This document shows, piece by piece, positions 11,801 to 24,295 of a stretch of DNA of 64,000 bases. The stretch's first letter is position 1, and every line of letters begins with the position of its first letter. The stretch comes from Tubiluchus corallicola (lineage: Eukaryota > Animalia > Priapulida): positions 124,001 through 188,000 of the forward strand of contig JAQGDQ010000084.1 in the NCBI GenBank assembly GCA_030141605.1, written 5' to 3'. The notes below the pieces were generated by a model. That model did no database searches. It had not been told where the DNA came from and saw nothing but the letters and a program-made list of their open reading frames with translations. Position numbers and translations under genes: made by a program.

Positions 11801-14800
11801 ACACATCTGAACTGAAAGATACAGCACCTATTTAAGGTGTAATGCGTTTCCGAAATGCAGGCGCTAGTGTCCGTCTAACTGGCGAATGACGAAATGCATG
11901 TAACAACATCAAACTAGCGGTGCGAACGCGAAAATGCATTTGTGTGGTAATAATGCTTTCACATAAGTCATTTTTGAAAAAACGGTATGTTTCCTTTCAA
12001 TTTTTTAAAAAGTAGATTGTTTTGACATACAGTTTTAGATTGGGTCCGGTTTTGCTTTAAATTGTTTACCTTTAGATTTAGTGATTCAACAAACCATTGG
12101 TCACCCAGGAAGTTGCAAACCAAGTCCGTGTCGCCATTGAAAATGAGTATCCTTATTTGTTTGACCAGCTGCTTGATTTGGTCGTACATTGAGTAGTAAA
12201 TGGTTTTGTAGTTATCGCTGACGACGTCACTGCAATGATGGAATCGTTCATAAGTGAAATTAAATGACATACATTGATGTCATGACATCAGATAAAATTG
12301 CTGGCATTCGTTTGTGTTCATAAGAAGTTGTACTGTAAGTGACAATGATGTTTCGTATGCTTCCTTACTCGAGTTAGGCATAGGTAGTGGCGGCTTGTGT
12401 ATAGGTACTGTGGAACTGCAGCACCCCCTATTTTCACTCAATATTATCGATAATATTCAATATAATAAGTCTTTTTTCCTTAGTTGTTTCTTTGTATGGA
12501 GCCAGAGCACGTTGTTTGCTTCACAGCCCAGCGCAGTGCGCTCAGAGCTCAAGCATGATGGTGTTTGGCTGTTGTGCGTATGCGACCTTGTGTACATGTC
12601 TGAAATAAGACACTCATACAGTGTATGTTGTCAGTTGTCAGGTGTTTAAAAACCGTGTACCGGCAAATTCTTCATTTGCGACAATTTAGACTATTCATAA
12701 GCAAACAATATTTTTTATTAGAATTCTATCAAGTTTATGTATACATTTTCGTATGTTTGTTTGTTTAAAATTGCTACATTAAAATTGAATATGTTTGTTT
12801 CGTTTTACTCAGTATTAAAACAATGGCTAGAATTTTCTGAGGCAGCACCCCCAGTAATTTTAGCTAAGAGCCGTCACTGCGCAGAGGACCATTCTGTCGC
12901 TTCTTCGTATCATGGAATCTTCTGGAACACTTACCTGCAGATATCCCACTTCTGGAACACTTACCTGCAGACATCCCATTGTTGCACATCGTTGGGAATG
13001 TGCAATGCATCACGGACTGTTTGTGAGTTCAGCCAAACCACAGATGCTGTGTTGTTCATGCATGGCAGATCATGACCAAGTTTAGAACTTTTCAGTATTT
13101 CTGTTGCTTCCTGATTGGCTTCGTATAGGTAACCTCCGTAATTAAACCACTGCAAACATTTCAATTTAGAAAACTAAAAAACTGAAGAATGAGTTTAAAA
13201 GAATACACAAACGGAATATTTACTTAGCTTGCAACGACCACGACGACAAGAGCAAGAACAACAGCAACAACAACACCAGTAACAGCAACAACAACTACAG
13301 CAAAACAACGACTACAGCAACAGCAACTACAACAGTAACAACGACAACGACAACAAAAACATCAATAACAAGAGCAACACCAACAACAACTACTACACCA
13401 AAACAACAACGACTACAGCAACAGCAGCAACACCAAAAAACAACAGCAATAACAACAAACAACAAAAACATCAATAGCAACAAAAACATCAACAGCAGCA
13501 GCAAAAACAACAACAATAACAGCGGGAGTGGGAACAATAACAGTAACAGGTATTTTACTAACATTTTTAAATTGGACCTATTCAACAAGCACCTAACCTG
13601 TTAAATAAGTGACACCTGCACTAGAACTGCACAACCTGTTCTGCCTACCTCTAGTGGAATCTTCTCTCGCTGATGTATTAGTCTTCCATCAAACTTGTAT
13701 CTTTGCTCCATAGCTGGACCGTGTGTTTCACAGTCCCTATAAATCGAGTATCTGTTCAGTCCTGTTGCATACTGTATTAGACTCACCCGCAGAACCTACA
13801 TATTTATTATGTAATTATAAAACTGGACATTTGCTTTTTATTACATGTATTCGTGATTTTATTATAAAAAAGGTTTAATTGTTGTTGTTGTTGTCGTCGT
13901 GTCGTTGTCGTCTTTACAAGTCTTTTATTTGCACACAAATACAATATGTACAAGTGCTGCCCTCTATTTGTAGCACAAAACTACTTAATGTAAATACAAT
14001 CAGACCGGGAGTTAAATGTACATATATAAGTTGATCTCACAATTACGGTCTAAAACAACAAGAAGCATCTATGCGAAGAACTGTACAAATAGTCATTGTT
14101 TTCAGAACTGGTGTTTAAGAAGGCATATGGCAATATTATCAACTTTTTATAAACGTATTTTTCATTTTATAGCTACGTTTGGTACACAGTTGCTGACTGA
14201 TCAAACATATCTTTCCAGATTAGTGAGTTGACAATAGTGTTGTAAGACACGCACTTGAGTGCATAAATTTATGACGCGTACATGAATCTGTCCCCAGACT
14301 AGCAAGTTTTCTCGCCTGGTAGAGTACAAAACTTGTTGCGGGTTACTCACACAGTAAACGCGAGCTGACACTTCTCTATTCGCTGCGAAAAATGTCAATA
14401 GTAACTCGCTCAGGCGTTCACACTTCACAGTGAATTAACTTGCAGCAACTGTCGGAGATTTTGCAATTTCTTGCAAACAGTAACCCGCAGAGCAGTTCAC
14501 ACTTGCAAGTTTGCTGTCAGAGAGAAAACACGCGATATAAAACTCCCTAGTCTCAACGCGCCCTTAGGTAATTTGTAGTGTTTGGCTGAACAAATACACA
14601 TCAAAGAATAAAATTTGTTTTCGTTTAACTGTACAATTTCAAATTATGGTTTAATTTTTATAAAAATGGTACATCATTTAAGTGATTCCTGCTAAAGCAG
14701 CTGATGTGTCGACCATGTAACGCTGTGTAATGTTTAAAACACAAGAAAACCCTCCACTTATATAAAACTTAAAAAAAATTCGCCTTGAAATTTTATACCA

Positions 14801-17800
14801 CTTACTACGTTTTTGCATTGAGGGCTTGCGTTAGCAGTAACACTGTATAAGACTTGTAAATTTAAAACCCCGCTTTGACCAATTACTGCAGCTTGTCAAC
14901 AAAATTAAAAATGCGTTTTGGTTAGTGAATGACGCACCCTGGAGGTGAATCAGCGACATTTTACCAATTGGCACGAGCATTTAAATTATTATTTCTAGTT
15001 ACATAAGTCTTTCCAGCAGGTAAGCGAAATGTTAAGTAATGTAACTTTGCATGAAAATTTTTTTAAACATAATTTAACATTTCCTTTTCTTCCCTTGATT
15101 TGCGTTGTGCGTCTATGACGTCATGTAATGGCGCCGTCGGAACAGTATTGTGGGAGATTTTAAATGAAAACAAATAAAAAATCCTTTCAACTCGAGTACG
15201 ATTTGTGCTTAAAATTGCTATAAAGTAATGTAGTTTTTTAAGGCGATTTTTCTGAAACCTACTTCAGGTATTCCTTTTTCTTCTTTAAATAAAATGATCT
15301 TTCGTTCGTGATTTAGTGAAGAATTTACAGAAAGAAACGTTGTAAGTTTAGATTGAGTGATAAGACTTCATATCTAGTCGAAAAGAATTTTCTTGATATA
15401 ATTGTAACAATTTAGGATTAGCGACTATTACGAACTTACCTCTATAGAACACAAAGTCGAGACGTTTGTAGAAAAACTGCATTTATAATCTCCTGGGCCC
15501 TGACAACAGTGCTTCAGTAAATTGTGCCACGTACTACGAAAGAAAATATGAAACTTTGTATTGTGATATAACTAAGCCGTATTATTAACGTCATTTATTT
15601 TTTAACACACCTGTACAGTTAAGTTACATAAGTGGTTCAATTAAAAGAAATTAGCAGACTAGTAGTAAAAGTAGAAATAAATAGTAAACACTGACAACAG
15701 CAACAACAACAAAAAACATGCACAGATATTATTTACACACGAAGACAAAGCAATTAATTTAAAGGACTCCACGTATTCTAACATCTTTCTCAATTTCTTT
15801 AATAAAAAAAATAAAATTCCTGTCTTCAATACAGCTTACACCTTCTTTTGCTAAGTGTATTGTCGTTAGCTGCCTAGAACTTAACTCACATCTTTTTACA
15901 AGATAATGTATGAAAATTTCTAAATACATATTCTAAAGTAACATTATTTTCTATAACAATTTAACACAAGTTGAAACCCATTATTGAGGTTACGTCATGG
16001 CGTGGCATTGTTCTAATTCACACCTAGGAATACTGCTTTTGGACGCTTTAATCTGCTATACTGACTGTGGCTAAATGCTTCATTAAAGGAAGACAGGATG
16101 ATTTTTCATATACTACCCCATTCTCAAGTCCGATAAAAAGCATACATTTCAACACAATTAATACTGCAAAAGCGTTTCTGACAAATAATAGATTAAAATC
16201 CTAATTAACGATGGGCGAGCCTAACTAGTGATGAGATCACAAACTAACATAATTTTCAACAGCAAAAATTTTCCACGAACGTGTTACACGTGTCTGCGAA
16301 AGCGAAAATGGAAGTACAGTGCTACTGTAAGATATTCAGTGTGTTGTACTAAAACTAGGCAAGTTTTAAGATAAAAATTAAATTTTCACGCATATGCTGT
16401 CGAACGTGTGTAGATCGTCATAAATTAACACTTCTAAACTGTGAGACACAGCACCTTTTTTTGTGCAATGCGTTTTCGAAATGCAGGCGCTAAGTACCAG
16501 TTTAACTAGCGAATGTCGAAATGCATGTAACAGCAAAGAACTAGTGGCGCGAACGCGAAATTGTGTTTGTGAGGTAATAATTCTTTCACGTAAGTCATTT
16601 CTGAAAAAATAGTATGTTTCCGTTCAATATTTTAAAGAGTAGGTTGTTTTGACCTACAGTTTAATATTGAACCCTATTTTGTTTTAATAGTATCCCGGAA
16701 TCTTACTATATATATGCAGCTTAGGATAATTAATAACTATCTAATAAGCAATAGATTAAGGACAATTATTAGCAATCGCATGTTTAAAGGTTGGGTCAGT
16801 TAGAGTTTCGTAGAGTTTTTCATAGTTTCGTCGTGTGCACAAGCAGCCGTCTTAGGTCAAATGTTACCACAGCAACGCGTCTTAACTACAACCGCCACGT
16901 GACATGTGGGTAAAGCAAAGTCGTCTGCTGCATATGTTCGGTAACTTCAGTTGTTTTATGTGGCCTTTATATAATTATGCACTAGTCCGTGCGTGATTTA
17001 CTAGCACGGTCTTGCTTGAGAACAAGAAAAATTGAACTAGATAAGGTTCTAGCTAGCTGTTAAAACTGCTACTATTACAACAGGATGGGCTGCGAGTCGT
17101 TGTCAGGTGTACACAAATGTGTTGTCTGGTACACGTAACCTTTGACCTATTCACGATCATCATCAATCGGTGGAACTGTGAAAAGGCTTATTTGACAGGC
17201 ACAGGTCATGTCATTGTTAAATGACATCTTGGGAAGCCAAAATCTTGAAAAAAATCGAACTTACTCGTCACCAAATAATCCGTGATAATAGGAATAATAG
17301 ATGCCTGAATGACCGTTGAGATATACGTCCAGTAAACCATTTCCAATAGCCATGCCCTGTCAGAAATCATAAGTGTAACTGAGCATCTTTAGTACATCTT
17401 TAATAATCATTCATCGCTTTCTCCATAACTCTTTGTAAGAAGATATACAAAGATGAAAGGTGAATATATATTTAAGTAACATCCAGATGTACAGAGAGTG
17501 TTATACCCACGTAAGAAAGCAATTAGTTATTTTTTATTACGGGTACTTCAAAACACAATACAGTTAAAACAACACTACTTTGCTCAAACTTTTACTTTAC
17601 ATAGTTAAAATCATGCCAAACGTTTGCACAGACTACTGCTGTCATCATCAGTGGTAAATTTACAAGCATACAACCAGTTTACAGTTTTGGCTATGTGTGG
17701 CTATATACATACATATATATATATATATTAATATGCACTAATTAAGTCTTTAACAGAAGCCAAATTGGTAATGAATAAACAGACCAGTAAAGAAATTGAT

Positions 17801-20800
17801 ACAGTAAATTATGCACTAATTATGTATTTACAAAAGCCAAATATTTAATGAATAAGCAGGCCTGCAGTTAAGAAATTGATACAGTAACTTATGCATTAAT
17901 TATGTATTTACAAAAGTCAAATATGTAATGAATAAACAGACCTGCAGGAAAGAAATTGATACAGTAACTTATGCACTAATTATGTATTTACAAAAGTCAA
18001 ATAGGTAACGATTAAACAGACCTGAAGAAAAGAAATTGATACAGTAACAAATAACTAAGTGTTTGAAAATAAAGCTAAAAGAATTGAACTGCTTTACCTT
18101 CAACCTTAAACTTGACGTTGATGATACATTCTGTTTGTCTAGAATCTTCACAGCCAGTGTAGGTAAGTAGAATCCAGCATAACTTTCGCCTGTGATGTAC
18201 AATTCGTTGTTTTTAAACTGTGGATATTTGTGATAGAAATCCAACAAGGCAACGTAGTTATCCTCAGCTACCTGTAGTATGGAAAATTCAAAATCTAAAC
18301 GAAAGTCATCCTTGCGGTCGTATGGTTCACTGTCTCAAATCTAAACCGGAGGCAAACTGGCCCACCGGGAGACCGGCAAGTTTCTTTGTGGGCCACAAAG
18401 TGATGGACTATCACTTTAGAAATAACGGAAAAAGTAAGAACTAAAAAAAGAAACTATTGCGTAGTTTCTGGGAAGACTTAAGTAAGGTTTCTTTGATGCT
18501 ACAATTTTTTGGTAGATGTTAGATATCTACAATTCCTTGTTTGGTGAAGTTTTTTTCATTTTTAAGGACAATTTTAAATTTTGTTTTGGTTTGTGAGATA
18601 TTAAGCACATTATAAGAAAAATTTCTTCAAATGAGCTACTTGAAACTTTTACATTGATGAGCAAAGAAAAACATTTAATTTCTGGAATTTCTTTGTGTGA
18701 TGTTATTCCTCTTCTTGTCAAAAAACCGAAGCCATTTTCTAGATTGCTTGCTGTCTTGGAGATTTGTGTTTTGTAAGTTACTGAATTTTGACTGTTGTAG
18801 TGATATGTGCACCCATTAAAAATGCACATGTTCCAATTTTATTGCGTTATTGAATTTATTATCATCGTTGTTCGTGTTGCTGTTGCTTTTCGTTTATTGA
18901 TTTTTACAGTATCTTTTTACCATTGTTTTTTGCTATTTTTATAATTACCTTAATTTTGCGATGCGTTTCGCGTTATTTTATCTTCTGTACCTATAAATTA
19001 CGGCCAAATCACGTTGAAAACACCGGTTTTCGTCTGATCACCGAAGTTAAGCAACGTGGAACCTGGTTAGTACTTGGATGGGTGATCGCCTAGGAATACC
19101 AGGTGCTGTAGGCTTGCGGGATGCCCACACTGTATCTCGACACTAGACGGAGGAGCTGCACAAGCGCTAGAGGGCGGAGGAGGTCAAATGACCCAACAGC
19201 CATGTGTAGAGGAGCAAGCATTTCAAATTAGGAGTGGAGCTCCATTGTCTTCCGAGACAGGAGGATGCCAACAACAACTTATAAACACAACTTCTCAAAT
19301 AAGTCTGTTAACTTATTCACCATAAGCGCATTGCATTTTAAAGTTGGATGTGGGTTGTTTTGCATGTCAGAGCAGAACTGTGTGTAATGACATGAGTTTG
19401 TTCATTAATCATAATTTACATAAATCACAATAGATGGCACTGCAACGTTATAACTGATTTAGCACCTGAGTTTGAGGTGTTGTTCTTGTTTTCGGATAAT
19501 AATGAATGGCGACGTTAACACAGTCATTTGTATCTGATTTTATTTGATGTTTATTAAACCATCCTGTCATCACACTGTGTTACAAAAGTATTTAGAAATA
19601 AATGAACTAAAATTTGCGAGGATAGCACAAACTAGTATGCAGAATAGTTTTACAAAGCTGTCACTAAGTTAAACCACATCGTTGTTACCTACACTTAAGT
19701 ATTAATTAACGACGTCATTAAAAGACATGAAAAGAGGTACCTGAAATACGTTTCAGAAAAATCGCCTTAAAAATTACATTTCTTCATAGCAATTTTATAC
19801 GTATATCGTCTCGCGTTAAAAGGAATTTTTGTTTGTCTTCATTTTAAATCTTCCTTAATACTGTCCGACTGCGCCATTACGTGATATACGCACAACGTAA
19901 ATCTGGGAAAGGAAAGGCAATGTTAAATTATATCCCAAAAAACTTTCCGTGCAAAGTTATATTACTTAGCATTTCTCTTACCTGCTAGAAAGACTTATGT
20001 AACTAGACTAATAATTTAAAATGCTTTTATCAATTGGTAATATGTCGCTGACTCACCCTCCAGGTTGCACCACTTACTAACCAAAAAACGTATTTTTAAT
20101 CTTATTGACAAGGTAAAGTAATTTAAAATTTTAAATGACATCGTCAAAATGGCTGCGTCTAACGGTCATCACTGGAGCTTAAATTTACAAGTTTTATACA
20201 GCGTTACTGTCAACGCAAGTTCTGTATGCAAAAAGACAGTATGTAAGTACGAATGCTCTGATTATTTTTTCAAACTTTGCTTAGTGTTATCTAAACCTGT
20301 TTCAAATGACTTATCATCAAAATGGCTGCGTTTAACGGCCTTCACAGAACTGTAAATTTAAAAGTTTTATACAGCGTTACTGCCGACGCAAGCCCCGCAT
20401 ACAAAAAGGCAATGTGCAAGCGGTATAAAATTTCAAGGCGATTATTTTTCATCCCGGGAGTTTAAAGTTTACAAGTTTTATTCAGCGTTACTGCTGACGC
20501 AAGCCTTGCACGCAAAAAAGCAATAAGTAAGTGGTATAAAATTTCAAGGTGAAGTTTTTAAGCTTTATGTAAGTGGAGGGTTTTCTAGTGCTTTAAGTTA
20601 GTAAAACTGGGTCCCTGGCAGATTTTACCTGGTCATCATCTGTTGCGTAGTGTTTGTCACTAGAGTATGAGAATCCAACACCTGGGGGTGACTCCAGAAA
20701 GAGAACGTTTGCAATCTGTGCAAATAAAAATAAGAATTACGTCGTAGCAAAATCTTTATAAACTTTAACTCCAATATTTGAATTTTTAGTAAAAGAATCA

Positions 20801-21944
20801 AATTGCAAAGCTAAGCGTGAGCAAAGGTATGTTGTACAAAGCATGTTGACGGAAAGTCAATTGCTTAAAGGAAAAGTCAAGCTTTCTAGGAGGTTGGGTT
20901 TATTTCAATATTCGCGAAAAATGCTGGAAGGATTTAGTAATAAAACTGCAATAAGTGCTTCGTGTAACTAGTAAAATTACTAGAAAAATATAACAAAGAA
21001 ATTCGCAAAGTTTAGGTGATAACAGTAAAATAAACCTAGTTTACTTGTTCTTTCGCTAGTTACATGCATTTCGCCATTCGCTAGTTAGACGGGCACTAGC
21101 GCCTGCATTTCGGAAATGCATTACACGAAAAACAGGTGCTGTACCTCTGTATTTATACATCTGACCAACACTAGTTACGGCTGCGATTTTCTACTGTCTA
21201 CCGGTGGCTAACTAATGACTATAGAATACTGTAGCAAAAAAACTTACTGTGTTCCAGCTATAGGGATTCGTGCGAAGAGATTTTCCATCGGGATTGATGA
21301 GGAAAGGTCCTAGTTCTGTGAGAAATCCGTCTAGTGAGCTGCAGCCTGGACCTCCGTTTAGCCATAGTAATACAGGATCGTCTTCTGGCTTGTTTTGTGA
21401 TTCAACAAACCTGAATTCAGACAAAGCAGTGGCTACAGAGGCGTATCAAGACTTTACGACGTCCTAGGCTGATAGTTCTCTCCCGCTATTCTCTATTGTG
21501 AATTTATGGCTGTTTATGTAATGAGCAGATTAAACAATTACTTGTGGTATATTAGAAATACTATTAATCTAGTTTCTACGTGGTAATTACTAATTACAGT
21601 ATTTGCATAGGGTTTGTATTCAAGGAGGCTGTGCAAGTGCTTGTTGTGTAATACCTTGTACCTGTTCGTTATGTGGCACTTATATATGGAAGGTTCGCTC
21701 AGTAACTGCCTGTGGTGTGTTATAGAATGCGCCCTTTACGATGAATATTAAAGTAGAATAGACATGAAAGTACATTTTCCGAGTAGAATAAGATTTCTAA
21801 AATTTGACGTCCCTCAGACTTCGATGCCCTAGGCTATAGCCTAATTAGCCTATTTGTCAACAGCAATAACATGGCAGCAGCAGCAACAGCAGTGGCGACA
21901 ACCAAGTCGTTTAAGCACAATGTGAATATTGTAATGATGATGTG

Positions 21945-21978
<34 letters not shown>

Positions 21979-22547
21979 GATGACCTGATTTGAGTTCATG
22001 AAAAATGTCGTTGTAAATAATAGCAGATCTAGGGTTGTTGGCGTGTAATTCTTGAGTTATGTGTCGAGCTGATCCAATAATAGTGTTCTGTGTATGTCAT
22101 AGTTTGAACACTCAATGGTGGGGGGGGGGACTCTCAGTCGAATTGTTACATCTACTTGAAGGGTCATCTATAATAATCGTGGAAAACATGGTATAACTGG
22201 AAAGCAGGTCTAGGTTTGGCGTTACAAGTTATGCAATGGAATAATATTCACAATTTTGTTTTAAGAATAATAAAATTACAACTCTTTCCATGCCATTCTT
22301 AAATTACTTGATCCTATTGTAACAATAATTTATCATAATTATAGTACACTTACCAGTAATGTAACTTTTTTCCCCTAGACGACGACAGATATCCGGAATA
22401 TTGTCTAAACTTGGGTTTGTAAGGTAACCCGGGCAAGTTTTGAATTTCATCCGGGTTAATTACGTCATTTTCCGAAAAAGAGGCGACCGAAGCTAAAATC
22501 GTGATTACAGCAACTAATAATAAATACGTATAACACCTGTGATACAT
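8828..22547 (-). CDS. CTSA: Lysosomal protective protein / cathepsin A-like serine carboxypeptidase (peptidase S10), 11 exons, ~487 aa
   Basis: Exons (minus strand) 22547-22354, 21410-21248, 20715-20629, 18271-18098, 17356-17265, 15533-15440, 13795-13649, 13149-12965, 12229-12070, 10431-10342, 8905-8828; all GT-AG and phase-compatible. Signal peptide, [37 protein letters not shown], catalytic Ser GESYAG, Asp NGDTDLVC, His GSGHMVP. Orthology to CTSA rather than a lineage-specific paralogue is untested. Confidence 0.93.
9798..10294 (+). mobile_element. hAT-type MITE family C, copy 2
   Basis: TIR CAGTGGCAGCTCGT/ACGAGCCGCCACTG; 8-bp TSD ATTGTAGT/ATTGCAGT (7/8 match). Confidence 0.85.
11450..12060 (+). 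mobile_element. Kolobok-like MITE family A copy
   Basis: AGGAAGACATG..GGGTCCGGTTTTGCTTTAA; same body as the other copies. Confidence 0.75.
12385..12879 (+). mobile_element. hAT-type MITE family C, copy 3
   Basis: TIR TAGTGGCGGCT/AGCCGTCACTG; degenerate 8-bp TSD GGCATAGG/CGCAGAGG; collinear with copy 2. Confidence 0.8.
13240..13520. repeat. Degenerate (AAC/AGC)n microsatellite
   Basis: Seen directly in the sequence. Confidence 0.95.
14310..14565. mobile_element. PIF/Harbinger-like MITE family E; related copies at 36978-37315 and 62095-62382
   Basis: Shared GTTCAGACTA..AAAACTCGCTAGTCTGAA termini and internal GTTCACACTTGC / CTTCTCTATTCGC motifs. Superfamily assignment is inferred from the terminal sequence only. 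Confidence 0.55.
14733..15288 (-). mobile_element. TTAA-flanked MITE family B copy (Kolobok-like)
   Basis: TTAAAACACAAGAAAACCCTCC..TTTTTCTTCTTTAA; matches 19718-20596 (reverse), 48305-48966 and partial copies at 11200-11440 and 33100-33420. Confidence 0.7.
16083..16687 (+). mobile_element. Kolobok-like MITE family A copy
   Basis: TTAAAGGAAGACAGG..CCCTATTTTGTTTTAA with TTAA flanks. Confidence 0.8.
17555..18050 (-). mobile_element. Second copy of the tandem-array plus hammerhead-terminus element, in CTSA intron 4
   Basis: Reverse complement of the same tandem unit at 17730-18048 and the same terminus, with CTGATGA on the minus strand at 17645-17651. Confidence 0.65.
18996..19280 (+). mobile_element. 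5S rRNA-derived SINE (SINE3-type) or 5S pseudogene with a 3' extension
   Basis: 18996-19115 is a near full-length animal 5S rRNA sequence (TACGGCC..ACGTTGAAAACACCGG..GATCACCGAAGTTAAGCAACG..GGTTAGTACTTGGATGGGTGA..GGAATACCAGGTGCTGTAGGCTT) with several substitutions and no oligo-T terminator. It is followed by ~160 bp of unrelated GC-richer body and a (CAA)3 tail, with TATAAA on both flanks. Confidence 0.75.
19718..20596 (+). mobile_element. TTAA-flanked MITE family B copy with internal duplications
   Basis: TTAAAAGACATGAAAAG..GGGTTTTCTAGTGCTTTAA; the segment TTTTAT(A/T)CAGCGTTACTG is repeated three times. Confidence 0.7.
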
Positions 22548-22719
22548 TTCTTGATGTTAATGTTGCTAGCGAAGAGAACACCTGGTCACGCATTACAACT
22601 GTGTAATTTGGGTGGTCCAAAGGTGACGTTAGAGTGCAGCGTTACCACTCTAATGCAGTTTAACATGCTAACAGGGTAACAGTTATTATAGATATCTGAT
22701 AACGATGTACTTGCTTATT

Positions 22720-23240
22720 ATTATTTATTCGTATTCAGACACATGTACAGTAACAAAAATATGTACAAAAATTAGAATATAGGTTAGATATTTATATATA
22801 TATCATCTTTATTCACATACAATGATTGCATTACATGTAATATATAGTAGGGTAAGTAGTGCTGTTTACATTGGCATATATATTACGCTGTCAATAGCGA
22901 ATAGAACATTTCATTAATATCATTAACTGTTAAACCTTTAATTACATATTCATTATGCAAAGTTCAGAACATAATTTACGCTATTACGTCGAGTCGACAG
23001 GTCTATAAGCATCAGTATGGTGGCTCAAGTGTGCTCTAATACGGTTTCTGCCTAGAATACTTGTACTAGTATAGTTATTTAACACAGCCAATGAGCAAAG
23101 AACTGGATTAACAGATAAATATATGTTACAATTGTGCTTTAAAATTCGCTCATGGAAGAGTATATCTAGAGGATATGTATCAGTAATATACAATGTCATG
23201 CTTGAATGAGAATTTCTAGGCAAGTTTAAGATTCTTTTTT
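22720..23240 (-). mobile_element. Probable LINE 3' fragment just upstream of CTSA
   Basis: ORF 22984-23223 (LPRNSHSS..PLDILFHERILK) resembles an RT C-terminal region and is followed by AATAAA and a (TAA)n tail on the minus strand. Confidence 0.4.
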
Positions 23241-24079
23241 TTGCAAGTTCAAGTTTGTTTAAGGTTTTTCAGTTTGTTTTGTCTCGTTTAATGGTGACAT
23301 TTTTACTGCCCATGTTGGTGAAATCACGATGCACGTTCATTTACGCTAATCAATCAACAAAATGCGAAAAGCAGTCATCACCAGAGAGGCCATTGACACA
23401 CTGTCAACTCAAGCAGATTTTGTACAATCAACAAACAACACAAGAAAAGCATTCACGACCCCGGGAGGCCATTTCCAAATTTGTTTTATGACCGTTATTG
23501 TAAATATATTGCAAATTACTTTACAATACACTTGACAACGCCTGTCAACCCAAGCTGTTGTGATAGTAACACTTTTAACAGCTAGCTAGAACCTTACCGA
23601 GTTCATTTTTTCTTGTTCTCAATCAAGATCCTGCCAGTAAATCACTCTACGCTCAGACTAATGTATAACTAAGTAAAGTCACGTAAAACAATTGAGGTTA
23701 CTTAAGTGATGTACTAGACGGCTTTGCTTTACACACATGTCACGTGACGGTTGTAGTTAACACGCGTTACTGTGGTACACGTTACCTTTGACCTACAACT
23801 ACTGCGCGTGTGCACAACAAAACTGTGAAAAGGCTTATTAGAATAGGAATTAGCTCTTGTTTTTCAAGAATGTTGTTTTGTGTTTCGACACCTTGTATTG
23901 TATGTAGTGAACATATTGCAGATTCTCTTTCATCTAGCCTCTAGGTTATAAGGCTTCTCAATAGTACAATATATTAAATATTTCAATTCCTGACAATTTA
24001 CGTTAATATTATACATGACATGTATTTTGAAAGTATTAAGTGTAAATTGTGACTAATAATAGCAATCGTTCATTGTTAC

Positions 24080-24295
24080 CAAACAAATAAAATAAAGGTT
24101 TTTCTTAAACTTTTGTTACAAAACAAATAAAATAAAGGTTTTCTTAAACTTTTGTTAAAAAAATAAAATGAAGGCTTTCTTAAACTTTTGTTAAAACAAA
24201 TAAAATGAAGGTTTTCTTAAACTTTTGTTAAAACAAATAAAATAAAGGTTTTCTTAAACTTTTCTTACAAACAAAACAAACGTTTCCTTAAACGT
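24080..24295. repeat. ~33-bp AT-rich tandem repeat
   Basis: AAACAAATAAAATAAAGGTTTTCTTAAACTTTTGTTA-like unit, about 5-6 copies. Confidence 0.85.

Noticed and set aside
18996-19115. Functional 5S rRNA gene
   Set aside because: A single intronic copy with an altered 5' end, substitutions and no oligo-T terminator; a SINE head or pseudogene fits better.
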